A program made the position numbers and the translations under genes. Under the pieces are notes generated by a model. That model saw nothing but the letters and a program-made list of their open reading frames with translations, ran no database searches and was not told the origin of the DNA. From the human T2T-CHM13v2.0 reference genome, Homo sapiens, in NCBI RefSeq assembly GCF_009914755.1, contig NC_060947.1: a stretch of DNA of 64,000 nt; one strand, given 5' to 3'. Shown piece by piece: positions 32,595 through 46,252 of the stretch. Position 1 is the first letter of the stretch. Every line of letters begins with the position of its first letter.

Positions 32595-35225
32595 AAGGAG
32601 GCAGAGCAAGATGGCAGAATATAAGGTTCCACTGACTATTCCCTCCACAAGGACACCAGTTTTACAACTATCTAAACAAGAAAAACACCTTCAGGAGAAC
32701 CAAAAATCAGGTGAGAAGTCATGGTACCTGGTTTTCACTTCATATCACTGCAAGAGGCACTGAATAGGTAGAAAAAACAGTCTTGAACCACCAACACCAC
32801 CCCTCCCCAACCCTTCTCCCACCACTGGCAGTGGCAGCACGGTGTGGAGAGTGTTTCTCTGTGCTGGGGGAGGGAGAGTGCAGCAATTGTGAGGCATCGA
32901 ACTCACTGCTTTTTTGGTAGAGCAGAAAGAAAAACTGGAACAAACTCAGCTGACACCTGCCCATGGAGGGAGTATTTAAACAAGTCCTAGCCAGAGGGGG
33001 ATCAGTGATCCCACTGGTCAAAACTTGAGTTACCTGAAGCCTCGCCACCAGAGGCTAAAGTGCCCTGGGGTTCTAAGTAGATGTGGGGGGAAGCTTAGAA
33101 CACAAGGACTGCAAATTTTACACAAATCATGATGCTGAACTGGGCCCAGAACCAGTAGACTTGGGGTGGGGTACAGCACACAATCTATTGAGACACCAGC
33201 TAGGACAGCTAGGGGAGTGCTGGCGTTATCCTTTCCCCAACCACAGGCTGAATAGCTCATGGCTCCAAAAGAGATCCCTTCCTTCTCTTTGAGAAGAGAG
33301 AAGAAAGACTGGGGAGGACTTTGTCTTGCATCGTGGATAACAGCACAGCTACAGCAGCACAGGGCACTGGGCAGACTCACGAAGCCCCGCTTCTAGTTCT
33401 AGCTCCTGGATAACATTTCTAGACAAGCCCTGGGCCAGAAGGGAACCTGCTGTCTTGATGGTAAGGACCCAGTCCTTGCAGGATTCATCACCTGTTAACT
33501 GAAGAGCTTTTGGGCCCTGAATAACCAGCAGTGATAGCCAAGTGATTGAGGGCCTTGGGTGAGCCTCTGAGACTTGCTGGCTTTAGGTGAGACTCAGCAC
33601 ATTCCCAGCTGTGGTGGCAGTGGAGTGAGATTCCTTCTGCTTGAGAAAAGCAAAGGAAAAAGAAAAGGGGACTTTATCATGCACCTTAGGCACCACCTCA
33701 GTCACATGGAAGTAGGGAACCAAGCAGGGCCTTGAGGTTACTGTTTCCTGGAATTGGCTCTGAGCAGCATTTCTAGACTTGCCCTAAGCCAGAGGAGAGC
33801 CCACTGCCCTGAAGGGTGAGTCCCGGGTAAGGCAGTATTCACCACGAGTTGACTGAAGAGCCCTTGGCACTTAAGGGAACATTGGCAGTAGTCTGGCAGT
33901 ACTACCCATGGACCTGTGGTAGCAGTGGTTACAGGTTGAGGCTCCTCTGCCTTTGGAAAGGTGAGAGAACAGAGGGAAGGGCTGTGTCTTCTGCTTTGAG
34001 TGCCACCTCAACCGCAGTACAATTAGCACACCAGGTAAGTTCTAAGGTTTTTGACTATAGTTCCTGGCTCCGTGATTGACCCTCTGGACCCACCCGGGGA
34101 CTGGAGTAACTCATTGCCCTGAAGGAAAAAACACAAGTCTGGCTGTCTTTACCACCTGCTGATTGTAGAGCCCCAGGGCCTTGAGCAAAAATAGGCCATA
34201 GACAAAGAATGGTTAGAGCGGGCCTTGGGAGAAACCAAGTGTTGAGCTAGCTTCAGGTCTGATCCAACACAGTCATAGTGGTAGTGGTTACATGGGTGCT
34301 TCAGTAACTCCACCCCCAGCATCAGGTGTCTCAGAAAAGAGAGAATGAGACTCCATTTGTTTGGGAGAAAATAAGGGAAGAGAACAAAAGTCTCAACCTG
34401 GTAATCCATCGGGTTCTCCTGGATCATGTCCAAGAACATTAAGGTGATAACTCTATGAGTCTGCAAGAATCACAGCATTACTGGGCTTGGGGTGACCCTA
34501 AAGCAGACACAACTGAGATGACAACATTCAAGTCCTTTCAAATGTATGCAAAGCCTTCCCAAGAAGGAAGTCTACAAATAAGCCCAGAGACTGAAGCCTA
34601 CAATAAGTATTCAACTCTTCAATGTCCAGACACAGATGAACATCTGTAAGTATCAAGACATTCCAGGAAAACATGACTGCACCAAATGAACTACATAAGG
34701 CACCAGGGATACAACCTGGAGAAGCAGATATATGTGACCCTTCAGACACAGAACTCAAAATAGCCATGTCGAGGAAACTGAAAGAAATTCAAGATAACAC
34801 AGAGAAAAAAATCAGAATTCTATCAGATAAATTTAACAAAGGGATTGACGTAAAAAGAATCAAACAAATTCTGCAGCTGAAAAATGCAATTGGCATATCG
34901 AAGAACACATCAGAGTCTTTTAGTAGTAGAACTGATCAAGCAAAAGAAAAAAATTAGTGAGCTTGAAGACAGGCTATTTGAAAATACACAGTCAGAGAAG
35001 GCAAGGGCAAATATAAGTGTTATTGGCCTTAAAGAGGAGTTAGAGAAAAATATAGGAGTAAAAAATGTATTGAAAGGGATAATAACAAGAACTTCTAAAA
35101 CCTAGAGAAAGATATCAAAATTCAAGTACAAGAAGGTTGTAGAACACCAAGCAGATTTAATTCAGAGGACTGTCTCAAGGTACTTAACAATCAATTTCCC
35201 AGAGGCCAAGGATAAAGAAAGGATC
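32595..35225 (+). mobile_element. L1M1/L1MA 5'UTR and ORF1, 3'-truncated
   Basis: Starts GAGCAAGATGGCAGAATA; ORF1 peptides ELKIAMSRKLKEIQDNTEK and ISELEDRLFENTQSE. Confidence 0.88.
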
Positions 35226-35339
35226 TATGTGTTTATGAATGTTACTTAGCTTGCCTTATCTGTTCTACAATGTATACCTATTTCAAAACATTATATTATA
35301 TATGGAAAGGTTACATAGGATATAATTTCTATTTAAATA

Positions 35340-35570
35340 AAATTCTTGAAATGACAAAATGATGAAGATAGAGAATCGATTAGTGGTTTTCCGGGGTTAG
35401 AGAGGCGGTGAAAGAAGGGAGGTGGCTTTGGCTGTAAATGGGTAACATGAAGAATGCTTGTGATGAGAACTGATCTATATCTTAATTGTGGTGGTTTTCA
35501 CATGCTTCTACACACACTGTGAAATTACATGGAACAAATTACACATAGAAAATTAGTTTAAAATAAAATA
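35340..35570 (+). mobile_element. L1MC/MD 3'UTR fragment
   Basis: TTGAAATGACAAAAT..GATTAGTGGTT..TATATCTTAATTGTGGTGG. Confidence 0.7.
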
Positions 35571-35894
35571 TAAAATCACAGAAATCTAAAATTACTGATA
35601 TATTTCTAATATATCAACAAATAACCACTTAGAAAATTAATACACACTTTAAAGCTAAAATAGACTAGATTTCAAAGGATGTTATAAGCCTAATAATTAA
35701 TATAAATGTTCATGAGAATAAAAAATGTTATGAAATGGGACCGACTAGTTTATTAGCAGTAGTTAAGGAAAGGTTACAGAATAAATCTATTAAGGGCAAC
35801 ATTTTCTATTTTGCATCAGTCAACTACTAGATTAGACATTGTTACTTTTTTCATTAAAAAGAACTTATCAATAAAACAATTATTTTATTTTTTT

Positions 35895-35997
35895 GTCCTG
35901 GTGCTGTGGCTCACACCTGTAATTCCGTCACTTTGGGAGGCCGAGGTGGACAAATCACTTGAGGTCAGAAGTTTGAGACCGTACTGGCAAACAAGAC
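35895..35997 (+). mobile_element. Alu left-arm fragment interrupted by THE1B
   Basis: GTGGCTCACACCTGTAAT..GAGGTCAGAAGTTTGAGACC. Confidence 0.85.
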
Positions 35998-36530
35998 TGA
36001 TATGGTTTGGCTTGTCCCCATCCAAATCTCACTGAAATTCCCACGTGTTGTGGGAGGGACCAAGTAGGAGGTGATTGAATCATGGGGGGCAGGTCCTTCC
36101 CATGCTGTTCTAATGATAGTGAATAAGTCTCATGAGATCTGATGGTTTTAAAAGCGGAAGTTTCTCTGCACAAGCTCTGTCTTTACCTGCCACCATCCAC
36201 GTAAGATGTGACTTGCTCCTCCTTGTCTTCCACCATAATTGTGAGGCCTCCCCAGCCATGTGGAACTGTAAGTCCATTAAAGCTCTTTCTTTTATAAATT
36301 GCCCAGTCTTGGGTATGTCTTTATCAGCAGCGTGAAAATGGAGTAATGCAGTAAGTTGGTACCAGTTGAGTGGGGTGATGCTGAAAAGATACCCAAAAAT
36401 ATGGAAGCGACCTTGGAACTGGGTAACAGGCAGAGGCTGGAACTGTTTGGAGGGCTCAGAAGAAGACAAAAATGTGGGAAAGTTTGGAACTCCCTAAAGA
36501 CTGTTGAATGGCTTTGACAAAAATGCTGTC
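35998..36530 (+). mobile_element. THE1B 5' LTR (35998-36350) plus truncated THE1 internal sequence
   Basis: LTR termini, then GTAAGTTGGTACCAG..GGAACTGGGTAACAGGCAGAGG internal sequence. Confidence 0.92.
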
Positions 36531-36791
36531 GGTGACAGCATTTTTGTGTGTGCAGTAGTTAATGATCACTGATATTATTTTTAATATAGAGAAACCAAGA
36601 AAAGTCAACTAAATCCTAATGAGAATCAAAAGGATATTTTAGTAATTCGGGCAGGCAAAAAATAAACATAAAAGCAGATAACTTTGGCATAATTAATTTA
36701 AAAAGGCATCGGATAACTTGAGTCTCAGATTATATAGTAGAGAATGAAAAGGGGGTCCTTTGAACTAGCATGCAATTTTTAACATCATTAG

Positions 36792-37073
<282 letters not shown>

Positions 37074-37360
37074 AGTATGTACTGTCTTATAGAAAGTATT
37101 TTCCAAGTATACATGAGATTGAAATATGTATCTCAAATAAAAATATTTAGATATCAAGAGAGGTATTTGAATTTATTGCCCACACAAAAATAAGTACATG
37201 AGAATTATCTAGAAATAATCTTACTAAGAATTATTTAAGGCATGCTTGAAGAATTCTGGAAAACTTTCCGAGGCTTACTCTAAGTGACTTGTATAAAACT
37301 ATGCACACATAATTCAATATTGAAAAGTTATATATTTTAAATGTATCCTTTTCTAAAGTA

Positions 37361-38852
37361 ATTTTTATTTTTTAAATTTTTATTGACATATTATAGTTCT
37401 ACATATTTGTGGGGTACATGTGATGTTCTGATACATGTATACAACATGTAATAATCAAATCAGGGTAATTTGGATATTTATCACATCAAATATTTATCAT
37501 TTCTTTGTGTTGGAAAAATTACAATTGTTTTCTTTCAGTGATTTTGAAAAACACTGTTAATTATTATAAACTATAATTTCCCTACTGTATTTTCAACTAC
37601 CGTATTTTTGTATCCAGTAACCAACTTCTCTTCTTCCTGCTCCCTTCCCTTCCCAGACTCTGGTAATCACCACTTTACTCTCTACCTCCATGAGATCCAC
37701 TATTGGAGCTCCCACAAATAAATGAGAACATGTGAAGTTTGTGTTTCTTGGCCAGGCTTATTTCACTTAATGACCTATAATTTCATCTATGTTGCTGCAA
37801 ATGACAGAATCTCATTCTTTTTTATGGCTGAACATTTCATTGTGTATATATACATTTTCTTTATTCATCTGTTGATAGACACTTAGGCTGATTCTATATC
37901 TTCACGATTGTGACTGGTGCTTCAATAAATATGGAAATGCAGATATCCCTTCAACACACTGATTTCCTTTCACTGGGATATATACCCAGTAGTGGCACTG
38001 CTGGATCATATGGCAATCCTATGTTTAGTGTTTTGATAAGCCTCCATCCTGTTTCCATAATGGCTGTTCCACTTCATATTCCCACCAACACTCCATGAGT
38101 GTTCCCCTTTCTCTGCATTCTCACCAGCATTTGTTGTTTTTTGTGTTTTTTATAATAGCCATTCTAACTGGGATGAGATAATGTCTCATTGTAGTTTTGA
38201 TTTGAATTTCCCTGATGATTAGTAATGTCGAATATATATTTTTTCATATACCCATTGGTCATTTGTATGTCTTCTTTTGAGAAATGTCTGTTCAGGTCTT
38301 CTGCCCGTTTTTAATCAGATTAGTCAATTGCTATTAATTTCATTATATTTCTGATACTTAATCCCTTCTTGGATACTGCAAAGCTACTGTAAACAAGAGT
38401 ATGCTACTGGCATAAAAACAGACAGCTAGACCAATGGAACAAAACAAAGAACCCATTAAAAAATCCCACACACTTACATGCAAAGCATTTTTGACATAAG
38501 AACCAAGAACATACACTGGGGAAAAGAACAGCCCCTTTAATAAATGGCAATGGGAAAACTGGATATCTATATGCAGAAGAACAAAACTAGATCCCCATAT
38601 TTTACCAATACAAAAGTCAACTCAAAGTGGATCAAAGACTTAAAAGTAAGACCTAAAACTGTGAAACTATTAGAAGAAATAATTGGGGAAACACTACAGG
38701 ACACTGGTCTGGGCAAATAATTTTTGGGGGTAAGACCTCAAAAAGACAGTCAAGAAAAGCAAAAATAGGTAAATGGGATTATATCAAACTAAAAAGCTAC
38801 TGCACAGGAAAAGAAATAATTCTACAAAATGCTAGAAAATATTTACAAATTA
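37361..38852 (-). mobile_element. L1MA-type element with inverted 5' segment (38376-38852 on +)
   Basis: Antisense 3'UTR/ORF2 to ~38375, then the adjacent upstream ORF2 segment in sense orientation. Confidence 0.85.
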
Positions 38853-40827
38853 TCAAATGCATTATTAGGATTAAAGTAAATAAAATTTCTCAGGTGCCTT
38901 TTCTGGCTATTTGAAGCACTCAGGCTACAGTTGAGCTGTAAGAAAATGTTGTACATCAGGATATGCAAGAGAAACCTCAAAAACAAAGATTAGCTGAGAG
39001 ATATATTCATACTAGTTATCAAGTATAAAGGTACACTAATTAAAATGAGAGATTGACTTAATAATTGATGAGGGAATAGTAGAAAAAAGAATGCATTCTT
39101 AAATAACATTGGCCATATTCAGCATCTGCTGTAAGTCAGCACATACATCCGAAAGCTGACAATCTGTTTTAGTAATTACAATATTAACTCTTAAATTCAA
39201 AAAATTCCATTGTCCATTTGGAATGTTTGCATTGCATCCCCAGCATCCCAGGAAAAATAAGATATTGAACAATTTATAAAGAAAATCCCAAATTCCGGGT
39301 ACTTTTTTGTACAATCAGTGACCAAAAATACCTTATTATATATATTCGATTAATCTGTAAGAAATTGATCATAGAATGTGGCGGGGAAGTATTTGCCCCA
39401 TGCTGTCAGCATTGCTTAAGGCAAGAGGAAAAATGGATAATGTGGAGTGAATCATGCCATTTTCCTTCACTCATCTTTGAAATGTTTCACTTCAATGAGC
39501 TGGCGTCATTTTCAATGAAATAAAATTAACAGACAAAATAACATTTAAAAAATAAAAGCAAATGCTGTGCAGTGCTAACCAAGTCACTTAGCGTAACAAA
39601 TAATCCATTTTCTCTGTCTGTAAACAGGATGTAATGCCGGCCCTGGGCGTTATTGAAAGCAACAGTAAACATAAGAAAAATAATTATAAAGATAAACATT
39701 TACCATGTGTTAAAATCAGAAACTGTACTAAACTGGAATTATATCCTCAAATCTTCTTAACAGACTCAGGAACTGTACTGTTACTTCAGAGAGGGTCAAA
39801 TTAAACAAAAGAGATGGAAATCTTTGTCAACTGAAAAGACACATAGGAAAATATGTGTTTAAATAAGTACAACATGACTTATTTGACACATCCATTTGTA
39901 TCAATCGTACTCATTTTTAAACTTCTTAACCAAACATCAGGTATAAATTATTTGAATAATTTGTTTTAATAACAAAAATTAGTATTATAATTGTCATTAT
40001 TTACAGCAAAATGTTACTAGTGAACTCATGTTTCAGGGCTGGAGCAGCTTTGGATGATCCTAGAGTAAAATTCACAGAAGGGCTAACTAGGTCCCAGAGC
40101 AGTGGGAAATAAGCTACTTCTAACAGGCTAGGCTGGATAAGGGTAGATTAAAACAAAAGCAATCAATGCAGCATTTGGTTGGACTTGGTCTGTAGTGCAA
40201 TGTCCAGGAAGTATTTCTTATGACAACTTGAAAATGTGGGATGATTTTAATGTTTTTGCTTCAAAACATAGATTATATAATTAATCACTTGGAAAATCCT
40301 AGAGAAGAAAAATAAATGATGTAACTGGTAAGATTGTTTAAAAAGGTAAGAACAGGGGAAAAAACAAGTATACAACAAGATTATTTGATTTCCTATACAT
40401 AAGTAGTAATCAGAAAAGACAATGGAAAAGTAACCTATGTACAAAAAAGGGGGAAAATTGTAATACCGAGAAATAAATATATTATAAACTTTTTTGGATC
40501 TATATAAGGAAAATACAAACTCTTCCAACAGGTAAATAAAAGGCTTCATTACCTACAAATATATTTATGGTTCTGGATGAGAAGAATCAATATTGCAAAA
40601 TGCTAACATTTGAACCTTTATTATAATATAATTTAAATGTCTCATTTTGCAGTATACCAAATTCATATTAAAGTTTATTTGCCAGAATAAATAAGTGAAA
40701 TTAGCCAAACAGTATACATATTTTAATAAAAGGTATCGTGTAAGAAATGGGAGGGTTATGAGCAGAATGTTTCATTACTAAGTGTAAATGAAAGCATACA
40801 ATTACAGTCATTAAAACAATACCTATT

Positions 40828-41167
<340 letters not shown>

Positions 41168-42084
41168 TTAATAACTAGAGGAAAGATATAAAGGACAAGC
41201 TTAACAAAAAAATCCTATGGGGAAAATAGGAAAGCGAATATAAAATAAAATGAGATTCTCACATTGTACCTACCCACAAAACACATTTCATGATAGATGA
41301 AGGGTTAAACCTTAAAATATGATAATGCAAAAATACAACTTTTGACATTCTTTATTGTGAAGTAGAAAAGCGATTTGCAGAGCAATGTGCATAAGATATT
41401 CCAGTTTTTCTCAATATAATTAACAACATATATATGTTTTTATATATATAACATGTATATATATACACACACATATATATATATATATACACACATTGCT
41501 GTGTAAAAGGACAATCATGAGTCTACAGTTTTCTCAAGGGGGAAAACTATGGGACCAGACAGAGGCATGTGTACATGGATCCTTTACCTTCACATAATCT
41601 CTTCAGCTACGATAAAGAAAATTTTGTTAAGCCACAACAAATTACAAACATGAACAAAACTGAGAGCTGAAAAACTCTTGTTTGAATGAGATATTCTCAG
41701 AAACATTTCTCAAGTGAACATTCACTTGAGAGTATTATCAATGAATGAAACATTACTTTAAAAACAATTGAAAAATAAACATAAGGAAAAGGTCCTCACT
41801 CATCAATGCTGTTAAGAAAGAAAGCAATTTTCTATAATGGTACATATAATGTGTTCCAGTATTTATTAAAATGATGCATGCTTACATATCTCTTTAAGGT
41901 TGGAAAAGCCAATGGAAAAACATCTACCTAGCTGTGAAAGTGGAAGGGAAAAGCAATAAATATCATTAAATATCCTCTCTAAAAAAATCTTTGCACTATT
42001 TCTCTAGATTAAATTACTATGTATTAAATTTATAATTAAAAGAAATTAGAGATTAAAATGCCTTACCTACAGAGGAGCAAGAAA

Positions 42085-42410
42085 AAGAATTAGATTGGAC
42101 TTCTCATCAGAAACCATATAAACAAGAAAAATAGGAGTGAAATATTTAGTGTTTAAAGAGTCTCCCTCTCACAAACCTAGCATTCTGTACTCAGATAAGT
42201 TATACTTCAAAAGTGAAAAATAAATACTTTATTCAAAAATGAATATTGAAAGAATTTGATTCCAATAGACCTCTCTTGCAAGATATCTTAAAAGAAGTTA
42301 TGCAGATATAATGAAGATAATGTAGGTCAGAAATTCAGGTCACCATAAAGAAAGGAAGAACATCAGAAAAGGACTAAATGAGGTAACATATTTTACTGTT
42401 CTCATTCTTT
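42085..42410 (+). mobile_element. Old L1M ORF1 3' fragment
   Basis: GACTTCTCATCAGAAACCAT..CTTCAAAAGTGAA..AAAAGAAGTT. Confidence 0.7.
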
Positions 42411-42793
42411 TTTAAAAAAAAATTCTGAATGCCAAATTTATACAATTTAAAAAATTCTGAGATCATCTTTTCTATTCCTTTTTAAATTCAATTCACATTT
42501 ACATATTTGAATTACATATTACATATTAAATTACATATTAATATGTAATTTAATTTACATATTACAATTAAATTTACATCACATTTAAATGATAAGGATA
42601 GTGAATGGTAATTTTTTCAGCTTCAGGTATAACTGACAAATAAGAACTATATATTTATGATGTACAACATGTATTGATATGTGTATCTATTGTGAAATGA
42701 TTAAATCAAACTAATTAAATACTCATAGACCTACATACTTTTGTGTGTGTGTTGAGGACATTTAAAATCTAACCTCTTAGCAATTTTTAAGTA

Positions 42794-44905
42794 CAAATGA
42801 CACTTGAACACAGGGGTTAGAAGTGCCCAACCTCCATACAATCAAAAACCTGCATATAACTTTTGACTTTGGCAAAACTTAATTACTAACAGCTTACTGT
42901 TGACCAGAATCTTTATCGATAACATAAACAGTCAATTAACACATATTTTGTGTGTTATATGTATTATATACTGCATTTTTACAATAAACAAATGTTATTA
43001 AGAAAATCATAAGGGAGAGAAATATATACTGCTCAGTAAGTTGTAGTGGATCATCATGAAAGTCTTCATCCTCATCATCTTCACTCTGGGCGGAGGAGGA
43101 GGAATAAGCAGGGGGAGTTGGTCTTGCTGTCTCAAGGTTGGCAGAGGCAGAAGAGGTGGATGAGAGGGGCGGGGAGGCCAGAGAGGCAAGCACACTAGGA
43201 ATAACTTGACAGAAATACATTGTAATTTCTGTTTATTTTGCTTTTTCATTTCTCTAGAAATGTTTCTATGTGGCATCCATTCTTCCACCATTTGCTTTAG
43301 TTTTAGTGCTTATATCATAGATGGGTCCATGTTATGTAACAAGTCGAAAACAGTCTTGAATAATCCCAACCCTTCTACCAGCTTGTCTAGTGTCAACTTG
43401 TTTTGTGGCATTGCTTCTTCTATGTCTTCTTCCTCATCATCTGGTGCTGGTTCAGAAGCACTCATCTACATTAAGTTGTCTTCTGTTCATTTTCAGGTAG
43501 AGTGCCTATTAGCTCTTTGATTTCTCCAAGGCACATATCTTGAAATCCTTTACTTCCCACCTTTTTTTTTTTTTTGCCATATCCACAATCTCTTTCATGA
43601 TTTCCTTGATTGGCTCTGTCATAAATCCTGTGAAGTCATATATAACATTTGGACACAGTTTTCTCCAGCAGAAACTTATGTTTCAGGGTTGATGGCTTTC
43701 ATGGCTTTTTCTATAAGGATGGTGTCTTCAATGACATAATACTTCCAGATGTTCATGATGTTCTCTATCAGGGTTCTCTTCAATAGTGTTGACAATCTTT
43801 TCCATACAGTAAAATGTGTAATGAGCCTTAAAGGTCCTTATGACCCCTTGATATAGAGGCTGAATTACAGACTTTGTGTTTGGGAGAAAGTAGAACACTT
43901 TGACATCTTTGATGTTGAAATTATGGGGTTTTGAGTGGCTAGGGGCATTGCCCAATATCAACATGACTTTAAAAACAGTTTCTATTGGCAAAGTATTTCC
44001 TGATTTCAGGGACAAAGCTTCAGTGGAACCAACCCAGAAAAAGGATACTCATTGTCCAGGCCTTCTTGTTTCACAACCAAAAGACTGGCGGCTCATGTTT
44101 ATCTTTTCCTTTCAAGTCTCAGGGGTTAGTAGCTTTATAAATAAAGGCAGTCCTGATCACAAACCCAACTGTATTTGCAGAAAACAGTAGAGTTAGCATA
44201 TCCCTTCCTGCCTTAAATCCTGTTGCTTGCCTCTCTTTCATACTATTAAATGTTATTTGTGGCATTTTTTTTCCAGAATAGGGCACTTGCCTTTGCATTA
44301 AAAACCTGCTCCGGCAGATATATTTTCTCCTCAATGATTTTCCTAATGGCATCTGGGAACTCATCTGCTACCTTTTGGTTGACAGAAGCCGTTCTATTAT
44401 CTTGACATTTTTAAAGCCAAACCTTTCTAAAATCATCAAACCATCCTTTGCTTGCATTAAATTGTGTAGCTTTATATCCTCCACCTTCGTTTTGCTTTAA
44501 CTTGTCTTATAATGACTTCACTTTTTCTTGAGTTATATTAGAGTTTATAGATATGCCTGTGTTATAGCAATCCTGCATCCACATAAAAACTGCATTTTCA
44601 ATGAGATAAAAAGGTATTTCACAAAAAGTGTAAGGGTTTTTTTGCATGTGTAAGTGCCTGCTGGCATAGATGCAGTGAAGGCTTCACGAATTTTCTTTTA
44701 TTTCTTTACAATGATCCTTAAGCTGGATTCATTAATTTTCAAATGGTGGGCAACCACAACCGCAGACCTCAGTCTATGGTACATACCAAACCATTCAATA
44801 TTTTCTTGTAATGTCACAACGTATTTCTGCCTCTTGGCAGCACTTCCAGCATCACTAGTGGCACTTTGTATGGGCCCCATCGTTGTAAACAATTTATGAT
44901 AATTA
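42794..44905 (-). mobile_element. Tigger2 (pogo/TcMar) DNA transposon with defective transposase; one end missing
   Basis: Inserted after TA; TIR-like CAAATGACACTTGAACA; DDE peptide ILGNAPSH..LPNTKSVIQPLYQGVIRTFKAHY; N-terminal HTH-like peptide at 44698..44892. Confidence 0.9.
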
Positions 44906-45195
44906 ACTATAATTACTATGTTATGTAGTAATTTTTCAGAACTTATCTCGTGTAACTGTCACTTTATACCTTGTGATGACAAATAGCTCCAAATTCTAAC
45001 TTCACCCCTACCCCCTTGGCACCACATTCTACTCTGGTTCTATGAGTTGAACTTTTTAGATTCCACATATAAGTGAGATCATGTAGTGTTTATTTTCATG
45101 TGCCTGGGTTATTTCACATATTATCATGTCCTCCTTGTTCATCCATGTTGTCACAAATAACAGAATTTCCTTCTTTTTTAAAGGCTGAATAGTAT

Positions 45196-45490
45196 AGTTG
45201 TCTCTCCATATCTGCAGGGGATAGGTTTCAGGACCCCTGCAAATACCAAAATATGAGAATGCTCAAATCCCTTATATAACAAGATATAGTATTTGCATAT
45301 AACCTACACACATCCTCCTGTATACTTTAAGTCATCTCTAGTTTACTTATAATATCTACTAAAATGTAAATGCTATGTAAGTAATTGTTCTACTGTATTG
45401 CTCTTTATTGGAATTATATTTCTTTTTTTTGTCAAATATTTTTGATCTGTTGGTTACAGTTGGTTGAATTGCAAGTACAAAAAGCTGACT
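45196..45490. mobile_element. MER2 non-autonomous Tigger element
   Basis: GGTTTCAGGACCCC..GATATAGTATTTGCATATAACCTAC..CTTTAAGTCATCTCTAG; TA-flanked. Confidence 0.88.
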
Positions 45491-45498
45491 ATATTCTG

Positions 45499-45537
<39 letters not shown>

Positions 45538-45706
45538 GATAGACAGATAGACACCACATTTTCTTAATTCATTCATTGGTTGTTAGACACTTAACCCTTA
45601 GGTTGACTCCATACCTTGGCTGGCTATTGTGAATAATGCTACAATAAACATGAGAGTGTATATATCTTTTCAACATATTTATTGCATTTCCTTTGGGCAT
45701 GCACAC

Positions 45707-46252
45707 TGTGATGTTTAATATTGAGTGTCAACTTGATTGAAGGATGCAAATTATTGTTCCCGGGTGTGTCTGTGAGGGTGTTGCCAAAGGAGATTAACAT
45801 TTGAATCAGTGGACTGGGAGAGGTAGACCCACTCTGAATCCAGGTGGGCACCATCTAATCAGCTACCAGCATGGCTAGGATAAAAGCAGGCAGAGGACAA
45901 TGGAAGGCCTAGACTGGCCTGAGTTTTCTGGCCTCCATCTTTTTCCTGTGCTGGATGCTTTCTGCTCTCAAACACTGGACTCCAAGTTCTTCAGCTTTTG
46001 GACTTTTGAACCTACACAGGTGGTTTGCCACGGGGTCTTGGGCCTTTGGCCACAGACCAAAGGCTGCATTCTTGGCTTCCCTACTTTTGAGATTTGGGGA
46101 CTTAAACTGGCTTTCTTGCTCCTCAGCTTGCAGATGGCCTATTGTGGGACTACACCTTGTGACTGTGCGAGTCAATACTTCTTAATAAACTCTCTTCCGT
46201 ATACACTTCTCTCTTATTAGTCCCGTCCCTCTAGAGAGCCCTGAGTAATACA
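45707..46252 (+). mobile_element. MLT2A2 LTR (HERV-L 5' LTR)
   Basis: TGTGATG..TTGAGTGTCAACTTG..GAGGGTGTTGCCAAAGGAGATTAACATTTG..TAATACA. Confidence 0.92.

Larger units (their letters stand above)
42610..45706 (-). mobile_element. L1MA-type 3' end fragmented by Tigger2 and MER2
   Basis: Collinear 3'UTR pieces at 42610-42793, 44905-45195 and 45492-45706. Confidence 0.8.

Noticed and set aside
33410-34200. Three similar ~100-bp blocks (..TGCCCTGAAGG..ACTGAAGAGCCC) as a novel repeat array
   Set aside because: Internal repeats are an expected feature of L1M1/L1MA 5'UTRs
43728-44892. Domesticated TIGD/CENP-B-like gene
   Set aside because: The transposase is broken across several frames and has TIR/TA context, so it is a dead Tigger2 copy
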